A DNA stretch of 57,098 nucleotides from Octopus bimaculoides (GCF_001194135.2 NC_068983.1:13365589-13422686); one strand, 5' to 3'; shown: positions 1 through 12,290, numbered from the stretch's first letter. A program made the numbers and translations. The notes: a model not told the origin generated them from the sequence alone.

Positions 1-330
1 TATAAGGGATAACCACTAGGTGGACATCCAATATGCTAGAAAAAGGTCGCCAACGACCCGACCACAAAGGAAAATAATGTTCTCCAGAAAAATTTCGCAA
101 AACCACCAGGACAGGACAAAATGAGAAATATACAGAATAAAGAATTATGTAGAACGTTAATGTTCGAAACTGCAGTCCATAGATAATTCTTTATTCTGTA
201 TATTTCTCATTTTGTCCTGTTCTGGTGTTTTTGCGAAATTTTTCTGGTGAACATTAGTTTTCTTTGTGGTTGGGTCGTTGATGACCTCTTTCTAGCATAT
301 TGGTTGTCCACCGAGTGGTCATCCCTTATG
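1..330. repeat. Long inverted repeat (fold-back/MITE-like element)
   Basis: 1-148 is the reverse complement of 183-330 at roughly 90% identity by eye, with a 34 nt spacer. The left arm may continue beyond the window start. Confidence 0.9.
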
Positions 331-402
331 CACATATATATATATACATACATATAAATCTCTGTGTATGGATGAATGTATGTATGCATGTGGATGGATA
401 GT

Positions 403-463
<61 letters not shown>
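403..463. repeat. (GATA)n microsatellite
   Basis: Direct reading. Confidence 0.95.
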
Positions 464-464
<1 letters not shown>

Positions 465-720
465 TCGTGACAGTGTGCCATACAGAAGGAGAGAAAGAGA
501 GGAATATAATGATTTGTGATGTTTGCATGTGAGACTGAATATGTGAAGGATTAAATGGGAAGCTCATTGACTTAATACAAAGTACTAGAAATGTGAAGAA
601 CGAAAAGTTGGTTTATCACGTACTTAGCGTTACATGAAGAGGCCAGACACACCCACACATACTTCGCCTACGAACACACATGCTCAATCACCTCTCACAC
701 TTTCTATCTCTGGTTACTCT

Positions 721-895
721 TTCTTTTTTTGTCACCCCTCTCTCTTTCTCTTTCTCTCTCTCTCTTTCGCTCTCTCTCACTCTCCTTGTCTCTTTTTCTC
801 TCTCACTTCCACTTCCTGGCTCTCCTTCTCTCGCTCCCTCCCTCTCTCCTTGTCTCTCTCTCTATCTCGCTCTATCTATCTCTCTCTCTCTCTCT
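721..895. repeat. CT-rich low-complexity/(CT)n tract
   Basis: Direct reading. Confidence 0.9.
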
Positions 896-2010
896 GCGTG
901 TCCGAATGTAGAAAATAAACAGACGAGTGTATAAGGTACAAGGTTTCAGATACTCCAGACGTTCTCCAAGGATTTGCTACCGTGTGTGTGCATGTGTATA
1001 TCTGTGTGTGTGTATGTATGTGTGCGTGTTTGTCTTCGTATTAATATGTGCACGTACGTGTGCGTGTGTCTGTCTGTGCGACTGTATCAATGTGTGTGTA
1101 TGTGAGTGTGTGTTTTTGTGTCTCTGTGTTTGTATCTCTGAGTCAGATTATATATATATATATATATATATAACAACAAAAGTAAATGAGTATATGCATA
1201 TATACGTACAGGTATGTGCATACCGACATCCACCTGTATGTATAGGTGCATATCTGGGTACAGGACATTGCAAACAAACGTAGACGAGAACACACGAGCC
1301 ACATAGAGAACATTCTACTTCATCAGCTACCCACGTTTTAACACCGGCGTTTCNNNNNNNNNNTATATATATGTGTGTGATGTGTGATGTGTGTGTGTGT
1401 GTGTGTGTGTTTTGGTGATTTTCTGTATGAAACACCTCATAGCAACACTTTTTCCACACACCGAAGCAGCACCAGGGTATGTGCGTAATGATGAGAGAGA
1501 GAGAGACAGAGAGAGAGAAAGAGAGAGAGAGAGAAAAGGGGAGAGGTGGAGAAAGGCCAACGGATTTCTAGTTCAATTCACATCGTTAGCTCGCTATCGT
1601 AAACAAGTCTAGGCGGGTACCAGAGGTAATTAGGCGAAGCATTGCCAGCTTCACTTATCCAAAAACGTTACATTGTTATCTGTTCTAATTATAGGCTTGG
1701 CCTTTAAATGACTTTTCGGTGACATGCTTCTAATTAGATGAAAACGTGTCTCGACCAATCTAAACGTTAATTTACAACTTCTCAATCATTCAATTATAGC
1801 TATTTATTCTAAACATAGTCCATTGATTATAGTAAGTTTTATGTAGTGTTTTTTTTTTCTTTTTTCTTTCTTTTTTTGTTGTTGTTGTTGCTGTTGTTAT
1901 TATTCCTTATCGTTTCTTTTCTATATATATATTTTTTTTTTTGGCTCGGTAAATACTTGATTTCGTTTGTGTCTGTCTAATTAAAGTTCAAAATCATCAG
2001 CGTTTTATAT

Positions 2011-2063
<53 letters not shown>

Positions 2064-2257
2064 NNNNNNNNNNNNNNNNNNNNNNNNNNNNNNNNNNNNN
2101 NNNNNNNNNNNNNNNNNNNNNNNNNNNNNNNNNNNNNNNNNNNNNNNNNNNNNNNNNNNNNNNNNNNNNNNNCACCATTATTATCATCATCTTTATTATC
2201 ATTATTATTAAAACTACTACTACTACCACCACCATCATCATTATTATCATCATCATC

Positions 2258-2298
<41 letters not shown>

Positions 2299-2328
2299 AA
2301 CTACTACTACTACTACTACTACTATTAT

Positions 2329-2381
<53 letters not shown>
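2011..2381. repeat. Compound trinucleotide microsatellite (TAC)n/(ATT)n/(CAT)n with N gap
   Basis: Direct reading; explains the poly-S/N/V ORFs. Confidence 0.95.
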
Positions 2382-2417
2382 ATTCTGCGGCTGGTACTAC
2401 TGTCGCGACAAACTGGA

Positions 2418-2625
2418 AGAATCGTTACGACGCCGGACAAAATACTTAACGGCGTTTCTTCTGTCTTTACAGTCTGAGTTCGAATCCCCCTGAGGTCGGC
2501 CTTGCTTTTCATTCGTTTGGTTTCGATACAAAAAGTACCTGTTGAGCGGTGGGTTAGATATAATCCATCCCCAAAACTAACTCCTCCCGCAAAACATCAG
2601 ACCTTGTACCTGTAGCAAAACGAAG
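2418..2625 (+). mobile_element. Diverged SINE family C copy
   Basis: AATCGTTACGACGCCGGACAAAATACTTAACGGCGTTTC...GAGTTCGAATCCC...GAGGTCGGCCTTGCTTTTCAT matches the family C copies at 55090-56410. Confidence 0.65.
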
Positions 2626-4119
2626 GATTATTATTTTAATTGCTGTTGTCGTTGTTACTTTTGTTGTTGTTGTTGTTGTTGTTATCGTCATCATCATCAT
2701 CATCGGTTGTTGAAATATCACTTTCGCAGAAAGTGGTACACCTTTCCTGGAATTGTTTATTATTTGCCATTCTTTTGATCAGTGGTTCTCAACAAGGGCC
2801 CATATATATGTTCAATAAATTGAATATATAGATGTTTTCGATCTAGTTTGGATTCTTTGCCATCAAAAAATTCATATTTGATGGCAAAGAATTCAAATTT
2901 GATGGCAAATTGCTAGATCGAGACATGTGCACGGCACGAAGTGCATGATATATATTCTTTGAAGTGACTTTATGCTGGGGCTCTACTGTAGTAATAGACT
3001 GTTCTATCAAATAGATGCTAGAGATTCTCACAATAACATTAAATATAAGGTTTATAACACGCCTGGATTGTTAGAGTTGCTTGATCATGTATATAAGTTT
3101 TGTATTTGGTTTGTGAAAGGACTTGTAAGTATTGGAGTCTGAGACAGAGATTCGAGAACTCAACTTTAGTTAGTGATTTCTTTAAGCCTAACTGTAATAC
3201 TAGTATAATCCAGTGTTGTAGCAAAGCGATTTATATTCAAGCAATTCTAAAATAAACGGGCCAAATTTCGTCACATAGCAGAGCTGTCCTAAGTGCACAT
3301 CGAAGACGTAAGATCACACTGAGATAAGCGACTAAGGCGGGCAGGGTTCAGTTTACCCCAAAAGAATTAAAATGTCTTCGCCTGTACATGAAACTCGATT
3401 TACTACCAGGAAAAAAATTGAGACACTATATTTTTAAATCGTTGTGCCTTGCAAATTGATTAGTTTCAGTTACAGACTATATCACTAATCGAACAAAATA
3501 GCTAGATTTATGTTGTAGACCACTAAGATTGGCGCCTTAAAACTTCATTAAATAGTTAACTGTTATGATTCATACAATATATAGTACCAACTTGGATCTG
3601 TATCACTTTGACTAATCGATAAAAAATATCACCACCCATGATTGTAATATTGACCTACAAGCGCTTAATTCGAACTTCAGACGCGTCAATCTCACGAATT
3701 TTAGATTTTCTCAGATATTTGACATGGGTCCGTCTAAAAGTCAGAAACTAAACACAACTAACAAAACTGGATCTTTTTCTGTTCAATAATCATATTCTCC
3801 TTCCTTACCATATATTATGCCTCATATATATATCACTTTATACCGTCCCTTGTAGAGAGTTAATTGTTAGCATAACCTCGAAATGACAGAAAGTAACGTC
3901 ATCTATTGACTCAACTTCAGTCTATAATTGACAAAGTAGAATGTCAATAAAAAATTGCTCAGTGACGTTGGTATGTGTACTTTCCTTATACTAACTCTGT
4001 AGTTTCTTTATTAAAAATGCATTTTACTTAGCGTGTATTGTTTTCTCTCAGTGTCTGAAACTACTCTGGTAGTTGTTTATTTATCTATATACTTATTTTC
4101 TCCTTCTTCAGATTTAGTT

Positions 4120-4205
4120 TTTTTTTATCTTTTATTAGACAGCGTTCATGCTGGAACGCCACCTGGAAGAACTTTAATCGAGCGAATCGACCCCAGCACT
4201 TGGAT
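4120..4205 (-). mobile_element. SINE family A 3' fragment
   Basis: CATGCTGGAACGCCACC...TCGAGCGAATCGACCCCAG resembles the reverse complement of the family A tail. Confidence 0.55.
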
Positions 4206-4317
4206 CTTTTTATCATTCTCTTTCCATAAAATGCTGCGTTAGAGGAACGCAATCCCGCCAAAATCGGTTGCCATGCAGTGGTGGGGACAATCAAAGACAT
4301 GCTTACACACACATCTG

Positions 4318-4369
<52 letters not shown>

Positions 4370-4370
<1 letters not shown>

Positions 4371-4595
4371 TGGGTTGTCCGGAAAGTTCGTGCCGATTTA
4401 TAGTAGCTTACCTTTCGACTTGTTGCCATGAAACGATCTCAATTCTGGGAAGAGGGTATTCTCAAGATGAAGGAAAGATGGAGACGCATTGTGCAACGAA
4501 ATGGTTCATATTTGGTTGATTAAAAATGTAATGGCAAGTATTTATTGACCTTTTCTTTCCTTTAAACATCGGCACGAACTTTGTGGACAACGCAA
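4370..4595 (+). mobile_element. Mariner-derived MITE (internally deleted)
   Basis: TIRs TTGGGTTGTCCGGAAAGTTCGTGCCGAT / ATCGGCACGAACTTTGTGGACAACGCAA, TA on the left. Retains the transposase C-terminus FWEEGILKMKERWRRIVQRNGSYLVD*. Confidence 0.85.
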
Positions 4596-4605
4596 CATAT
4601 ATATA

Positions 4606-5845
4606 TCAACGTTATCAACGAGGAGCTCAAGAGACTGAACGTCGATATCGCTGCTCTGCAGGAAACACGGTTACCCGATGCAGGCAGACTGAGAGAGAGG
4701 GACTACACATTCCTCTGGAAAGGGAAGAGCCCTGATGAGCCCAGAGAACATGGAGTAGGCTTTGCAATAAAGAACAGCTTGCTGAGGATGGTAGAACCAG
4801 GCATCGGCGGCTCTGAGCGGCTCCTAACTTACCGCCTCAACACAACCGAAGGTCCTGTCACCCTCGTCAGTGTTTATACCCTGAAAATGTCCGCCACCCC
4901 GGATGCCAAGGACGAGTTCTACGAGAACCTTGCATCCACTGTCAAGAGCATCTCCATAAGCAAACAACTTTTTCTCCTGGGCGACCTCAATGCCAAGCTG
5001 GGTGCTGACAACGACTCGTGGCCCTCCTGCCTCGGTCCATTCGGGGTAGGGAAATCGAACTAGAACGGACAGCGACAGCTCGACCTCTGCACCTTACACG
5101 ACCTGTGCATCACCAACTCCTTCTTCAAGACCAAGCCCCAACACAAAGTGTCTTGGAGACATCCACGCTCAAAGCATTGGCACCAACTGGACCTGATCCT
5201 GGTCAGGCGTGCCACCATCAAGTGTATTTTCCACACGCGGTCTTTCCACACTCAGTCAGACTGCAACACAGATCACTCCTTGGTGTGCTGCAAGATCAGG
5301 CTACAAGCCAAAACGTTCCACCGTGCAAAGAAACCGGGGACCCCACACATCGATGTCAACAAGATGTCTCAGCTCGACCTTCTAGAACAGTTTGCAAATG
5401 CTTTTGAGGAGGAGTATGATGCAACACAGTCCAGAGATACTTTCACAGAGAGATGGGAAACTCTGCGAGACACAATCTATCGCATAGCTTTGTCTATCTT
5501 CGGAAATTTGACCTCAAGTCGCTTGGGATGACCACTGCAATTGAGGCCGAAGGAGCAAGGTCTAGCACACTGCCAGGCGCTGCGCCATTGAGTACTGGAC
5601 GAAGCTCAGCGAGTCGATCCATATGACCGCCGTAACTGGTAACATCACAGAGATGTACGATGGCATGAAGAGGGCGCTGGGAGCAACGCAGAGTAAGACG
5701 GCCTCCCTCAAATCTCTCACTGGGGAGTCATTACTGATCAAAGCCGACAAATAGACAAATGGGTGGAGCACTATTCTGAGTTCTATTCCAGAAAGAACAC
5801 AGTGACCTCTTCAGCCCTTGACGCCATCGAGTGCATGCCTTTGAC
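4606..5845 (+). mobile_element. RTE-clade LINE fossil: AP-endonuclease domain and linker, no RT domain
   Basis: LNVDIAALQETRL, GVGFAIK, LLGDLNAKLG, TNSFFKTKPQHKVSWRHPRSKHWHQLDLILVRR, TDHSLV, then KWVEHYSEFYSRKN. In-frame stop at 5061-5063 and frameshifts. Confidence 0.92.
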
Positions 5846-5884
5846 AAAATCCTTTTACCTTTATAAAAAGATTTAAAAAGTATG

Positions 5885-6078
5885 GAAGACCCTACATACA
5901 AAAATTTATGTCTATTTACGACCAATTACGCGGGAACTCTGGTCAAAATTTTATAGCGCATGACCATCCTTAGGACATAAGTGATGTGTGCGAAACGTTT
6001 GGTGAAAATCGTTTGAGAATTGTGGAAATGCATGTGTTAGTCATTATTCACACTCATCCTGCTATTTATATATACTAC
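5885..6078 (+). mobile_element. Possible non-autonomous DNA element end (HINE/DINE-1-like or Kolobok-like)
   Basis: GTGTGCGAAACGTTTGGTGAAAATCGTTTGAG...CACACTCATCCTGCTATTTATATATA resembles remembered 3' ends of such elements; not verified. Confidence 0.3.
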
Positions 6079-6248
6079 ATTATATATATTTGTATATTTA
6101 TATATACTAAATTATATATATTTGTATGTTACATAAATTTTATATATATATATATATATATATGAAATTTAAGTTTATAAAAATAGACACCTGATATACA
6201 TTTATCGTTTACTTGTTTCTGTCAATCGACTGCAACCATATAAGGTAT

Positions 6249-6392
6249 AGGCGTGACTGTGTAGTGAAGAACCTTGCTTTCCAACCACATGGTTCTGGGT
6301 TCCTTGGACAAGTGTCTTCTACTATTGCCTCGGGTCGACCGAAGCTTTGCAAGTAGATTTGGCACACGAAAACAGAAAGAAACTAATCGTAT
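6249..6392 (+). mobile_element. SINE family A 5' half (tRNA-derived head)
   Basis: Matches the family A head of 28610 and 32290, followed by (GT)n and a gap. Confidence 0.85.
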
Positions 6393-6394
6393 AC

Positions 6395-6470
<76 letters not shown>

Positions 6471-6754
6471 NNNNNNNNNNNNNNNNNNNNNNNNNNNNNN
6501 NNNNNNNNNNNNNNNNNNNNNNNNNNNNNNNNNNNNNNNNNNNNNNNNNNNNNNNNNNNNNNNNNNNNNNNNNNNNNNNNNNNNNNNNNNNNNNNNNNNN
6601 NNNNNNNNNNNNNNNNNNNNNNNNNNNNNNNNNNNNNNNNNNNNNNNNNNNNNNNNNNNNNNNNNNNNNNNNNNNNNNNNNNNNNNNNNNNNNNNNNNNN
6701 NNNNNNNNNNNNNNNNNNNNNNNNNNNNNNNNNNNNNNNNNNNNNNNNNNNNNN

Positions 6755-6790
<36 letters not shown>

Positions 6791-6839
6791 GTATAGATGT
6801 AAGTATGTACATATACGTATGTATATATGCGTATATATA

Positions 6840-6881
<42 letters not shown>

Positions 6882-7042
6882 TTACGTACATACATAACAC
6901 GGTTTCTTTCACTTTCCATCAAATTAATCCACTTTCATGGCTTTGGTTGACCTGCGATTATACAATTCACGTGTGTCCAAACTGCTACACTGTAAGCCTG
7001 AACTCCAAATCATGGAAATGGAAATCAAACATCTTACAACAA

Positions 7043-7110
7043 GCCACACCTGCGCTAATAAGTCGCACCTGCAGTTATGCCACACCTACGCTTAATAAGT
7101 CGCACCTGCA
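7043..7110. repeat. Tandem duplication, about 36 bp period
   Basis: GCCACACCT(G/A)CGCT(T)AATAAGTCGCACCTGCA occurs twice. Confidence 0.85.
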
Positions 7111-7702
7111 CCTATATAAATTTGTAAAATGTAATTTTCCGAATTTTCATGCAATTTTATACACCTTGCTGTCGAAACTATAGCTTTCTACGAAGTTCTT
7201 TAAATAGTTAACTGAAGAACCACACCTTGTATGTATATAAATAAGCTCCTTGTATCTTGCTCATGCGTCACCGTTAAATCCAGAACGTCAAACTACATCT
7301 AGTGACTAACACCGTGTTCAGTATTCAATACATTTTATTGTACTCTGTTTCCAGTATAATTTGCTATCTCTGTTGTAGATATAATAGGTGAAGGCGTGTG
7401 TATGTTTGTGTGTTTGTGTGAGTAAGTGAATTTCACTTGAAATATGAAACTTGTTGGCTTAGGTTATTGCATCAGACAAACATGGACAAAACTATCTCAG
7501 TGGCTAACCCTACAATTATAGAAGGCATTGAAACGTTATAATACACACAGAACGTGTTACAAAATAAGGTAGTAAAATATTAATTGTTAAGACAACTCTT
7601 CTATTTAGCGTCCCATAAAATTAGATAATAAGCAAACGCTTTATAAATAAGAAAATTTACAGATTTGAGTCACCCTGACGAAAACTCCTCGTATTTTTTC
7701 AT

Positions 7703-7734
<32 letters not shown>

Positions 7735-8234
7735 ACACACATGCACACACATACACACCCGCACATGTATATATATATATATNNNNNNNNNNNNNNNNNN
7801 NNNNNNNNNNNNNNNNNNNNNNNNNNNNNNNNNNNNNNNNNNNNNNNNNNNNNNNNNNNNNNNNNNNNNNNNNNNNNNNNNNNNNNNNNNNNNNNNNNNN
7901 NNNNNNNNNNNNNNNNNNNNNNNNNNNNNNNNNNNNNNNNNNNNNNNNNNNNNNNNNNNNNNNNNNNNNNNNNNNNNNNNNNNNNNNNNNNNNNNNNNNN
8001 NNNNNNNNNNNNNNNNNNNNNNNNNNNNNNNNNNNNNNNNNNNNNNNNNNNNNNNNNNNNNNNNNNNNNNNNNNNNNNNNNNNNNNNNNNNNNNNNNNNN
8101 NNNNNNNNNNNNNNNNNNNNNNNNNNNNNNNNNNNNNNNNNNNNNNNNNNNNNNNNNNNNNNNNNNNNNNNNNNNNNNNNNNNNNNNNNNNNNNNNNNNN
8201 NNNNNNNNNNNNNNNNNNNATATATATATATGTT

Positions 8235-8277
<43 letters not shown>

Positions 8278-9053
8278 GAGTGTGCGTTTGTGTGTATGAA
8301 TGTGTCTAGCTATTTTATTTGAATATTAGTATTGTATACACACTATGTATGCACAAATTCATTGCATCATAGTTTGTTTCAAACTAACACATTGCTATTC
8401 ACCACTGCTGTGTCTGGGCAAACCATAAAAAAAATGAAAGAAGAAAGAACTAATACTATTTCGAAAAAAAAAGCTAAAAACAATATGCTTACAATATGGC
8501 TAATATCAAATTCACAGAGAAGTGAAAGAGTTCTATAAATGTAAAGAATTGAAATAACTGTACACATAAAACCAATTAAATGTAAAGTAATCAGTGATCG
8601 TTGATCATATAAAATGTTTACTGTGTTTTGCTTTTTACAGAATAATAATCAGAGAATAACATTAATGCATTCGTCTTAAATACAGAAGAATATATTTCCT
8701 GCCAGTGAGTATTAGATCTTATATCACATCACGCTTATCTTAGCACAGGCGCGAGGGCATTAATTCTATCCTGTGCATTCACTATAAATATAAATCAATT
8801 AGTCAAGTTGAATTTTAAAAAAATATTTTAGTTTTTGTCTAGAAATGCGTGTGTGTGTGTGTGAGTGTGTGTGTGTGTGTTTCTGCTTCCATGTATGTGT
8901 TGTAATACAATTTGAGAAAACGTCAATTGAATTACAAGATATAAGATTTCTGTATTATGATAGGAGGTTATCAAAAATGCTATATTTAGAACGATATTTA
9001 AAAAAAGTTCATTTCGTTTTCTTCGGTGTAGTATACGTGCATAAACTATTTTA

Positions 9054-9210
9054 CGGTGGCTGTGTTGTATGAGCTTGATTCCCAGCCACAAGGTTCCGGA
9101 TTCAGTCCCACTGCGTGGCACCTCGGGCAAGTGTTTTCTATTATAGCCTCAGGCTGACCAAAGCCTTGTGAGTGGATTTGGTGGACAGAAACTGAAAGAA
9201 GTCCGTCGTA
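9054..9210 (+). mobile_element. SINE family A 5' half
   Basis: GGTTCCGGATTCAGTCCCACTGCGTGGCACCTCGGGCAAG...GAAACTGAAAGAAGTCCGTCGTATA. Confidence 0.85.
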
Positions 9211-9623
9211 TATATATATATATNNNNNNNNNNNNNNNNNNNNNNNNNNNNNNNNNNNNNNNNNNNNNNNNNNNNNNNNNNNNNNNNNNNNNNNNNNNNN
9301 NNNNNNNNNNNNNNNNNNNNNNNNNNNNNNNNNNNNNNNNNNNNNNNNNNNNNNNNNNNNNNNNNNNNNNNNNNNNNNNNNNNNNNNNNNNNNNNNNNNN
9401 NNNNNNNNNNNNNNNNNNNNNNNNNNNNNNNNNNNNNNNNNNNNNNNNNNNNNNNNNNNNNNNNNNNNNNNNNNNNNNNNNNNNNNNNNNNNNNNNNNNN
9501 NNNNNNNNNNNNNNNNNNNNNNNNNNNNNNNNNNNNNNNNNNNNNNNNNNNNNNNNNNNNNNNNNNNNNNNNNNNNNNNNNNNNNNNNNNNNNNNNNNNN
9601 NNNNNNNNNNNNNTATATATATA

Positions 9624-10895
9624 TAGGTGAGAAAGTTGGTATGTGAAAGCACTTGGTTGGATGTATAAAAGATAAACAAGAGGGAAAAAACTACAGAAGG
9701 CTTGTGTTATATGGTATGTCCAACGTCTATCAATATTGAGCTTCTGAAAATCGTAGTTGAGTCAAATCCAAAGTAGGCTTCAGGAGACTGAACAAAACAG
9801 TGTAATTCAAGTTACAACTCGGTCATAAAACACCTTCATGAAATACAAAAAGTGTTTAAACTTGGTCAGTGGACCCCTCAGAATCTGACGTCGCCTCATA
9901 TTAATCGAACATGTGCCTTCTGATCATCGTTGAAGAATAGACTTGAATAGACTTGCTACCGAACCTTTCTTGTGTTCAATCATGACATGTAATGAAAGAT
10001 AGATTCTCTAGAGTGATATCCAAATGAAACGTCAATGGTCAGTGCTCAGTAAAAAAGGAGAAACTACCCCAAAACTAGGATTACACAAGAAAAGAGATAT
10101 ACTCTGTTTGGTGGGATATGGAGCGTAAAACCAGGGTTTTCAAACTTTTTGACTTGCGGACCCTTTTATATTTCAGACTTTACCTTAGGGACCCCCTTAT
10201 AAACGCTTATGAAATTTATACATAAATATTTGCTTAAAATAACATATATTTTTACATTTATTTATTTAACAGTATTTAACAAATAGGTTTATTGTCAATT
10301 AAAAGATTTCGATCAAAAGACATATATAAAATCAAATTGCCCATAAAAAGTATTTGCTGTCCACGGACCCCCTGTCTTGTCCTTGAGACCCCCTGTGGTC
10401 CGCGGACCACAGTTTGAAAACCCCTGCGTTAAACGAAAACGAAACAGTTAATGGAGAGAAATATTGTCGTCAAGAAGAAGCATTGTATAACATTCTACAG
10501 GAAAGCGCCGATCATGTGTGAATTTTAAAAGAGTGTTCCCGTTAAGAAATGACGCCGAACCACTCATTGCCGAAGACACTAAGAAAAAAGAAAAAACTGA
10601 GATTTGGTCTCATCGTTGTTATTCTCCTCACCTTGCTCATTTGACTATCGTCTTTCCAGATCATTGCATCGTTATTCAGGCGTAAAACGGTTTATTAATT
10701 ATGAAGAGATTAAAATTGATATTGGGCGCTTTCCATGCTTGGAAAGCTGAAGAATTTTACGCCTGAAAGATCAACAATTTGTCAAATAGATGGGATCATG
10801 TTATCAATAATAAGGGGAAATATTATCACGATTCAATATTTCAATTGGAACCAACGAACCACTTGAAATAAGACAATACTTCCTTTCTCGCTTAA
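9624..10895 (+). mobile_element. Decayed mariner transposon (transposase pseudogene), interrupted by a hAT MITE
   Basis: Fragments LLKIVVESNPK, HLHEIQKVFKLGQWTPQNL, EPFLCSIMTCNER, PKLGLHKK..WWDME, ETVNGEKYCRQ, YSPHLA, RWDHVINNKGKY. Degenerate TIRs (14/19 match) with TA runs on both sides. Confidence 0.85.
10132..10426. mobile_element. hAT (Charlie-like) MITE
   Basis: TIRs CAGGGTTTTCAAACT / AGTTTGAAAACCCCTG; 8 bp TSD CGTAAAAC / CGTTAAAC (7/8); subterminal palindrome GTGGTCCGCGGACCAC. Confidence 0.9.
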
Positions 10896-11009
10896 TATAT
10901 ATATATATATATACATATATATGTGTGTGTATGTGTGTATGTGTATATGTATGTATTTTTGTATGCATGTATGTATGCATTATATATCTATGTTTGTATG
11001 TACATATTA

Positions 11010-11064
11010 TTTTACTTCTACTTCATTCAGTCAGTTGACTGCGGTCATGCTAGAACACCGCCTT
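11010..11064 (-). mobile_element. SINE family A 3' tip
   Basis: TTCAGTCAGTTGACTGCGGTCATGCTAGAACACCGCCTT is the reverse complement of the family A tail. Confidence 0.7.
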
Positions 11065-11745
11065 ATATATATATATATATATATATATATNNNNNNNNNN
11101 NNNNNNNNNNNNNNNNNNNNNNNNNNNNNNNNNNNNNNNNNNNNNNNNNNNNNNNNNNNNNNNNNNNNNNNNNNNNNNNNNNNNNNNNNNNNNNNNNNNN
11201 NNNNNNNNNNNNNNNNNNNNNNNNNNNNNNNNNNNNNNNNNNNNNNNNNNNNNNNNNNNNNNNNNNNNNNNNNNNNNNNNNNNNNNNNNNNNNNNNNNNN
11301 NNNNNNNNNNNNNNNNNNNNNNNNNNNNNNNNNNNNNNNNNNNNNNNNNNNNNNNNNNNNNNNNNNNNNNNNNNNNNNNNNNNNNNNNNNNNNNNNNNNN
11401 NNNNNNNNNNNNNNNNNNNNNNNNNNNNNNNNNNNNNNNNNNNNNNNNNNNNNNNNNNNNNNNNNNNNNNNNNNNNNNNNNNNNNNNNNNNNNNNNNNNN
11501 NNNNNNNNNNNNNNNNNNNNNNNNNNNNNNNNNNNNNNNNNNNNNNNNNNNNNNNNNNNNNNNNNNNNNNNNNNNNNNNNNNNNNNNNNNNNNNNNNNNN
11601 NNNNNNNNNNNNNNNNNNNNNNNNNNNNNNNNNNNNNNNNNNNNNNNNNNNNNNNNNNNNNNNNNNNNNNNNNNNNNNNNNNNNNNNNNNNNNNNNNNNN
11701 NNNNNNNNNNNNNNNNNNNNNNNNNNNNNNNNNNNNNNNNNNNNN

Positions 11746-11799
<54 letters not shown>

Positions 11800-12059
11800 T
11801 TATATATACACAAATGTATGGATCCTGCTGTTTGTAATAAGCTACACATTTGTCATTTTCATGAATAAGAGGTCGATTACCGAGTTTTTCGATGACGAGA
11901 AGTAATTTCAATTAATTTCAATTATAGTTTGCTCCTTTTTTTTTAAATTCAAGTTAGTAATCACTCTTATAATAAATGCCGTTGGGTATTTATAGCTATC
12001 TTTATGCTTCGTGTCACGAATATATATTTCCTGTCCGATTGTTATCATATATTTAAGTG

Positions 12060-12060
12060 C

Positions 12061-12099
<39 letters not shown>

Positions 12100-12144
12100 G
12101 TCTGTCTGTCTTTCTATCCATCTATCTGTATGTCTTTCTATCTA

Positions 12145-12209
<65 letters not shown>

Positions 12210-12258
12210 ATCTGTCTATCTATCTATCTTTCTATCTATCTCTCCCTCCCTCTCTCCC

Positions 12259-12289
<31 letters not shown>

Positions 12290-12290
12290 A
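12060..12290. repeat. Compound (TCTA)n/(CT)n/(TA)n microsatellite
   Basis: Direct reading. Confidence 0.95.

Noticed and set aside
1997-2512. Poly-S/N/D ORF
   Set aside because: Translation of a compound trinucleotide microsatellite plus a SINE fragment.
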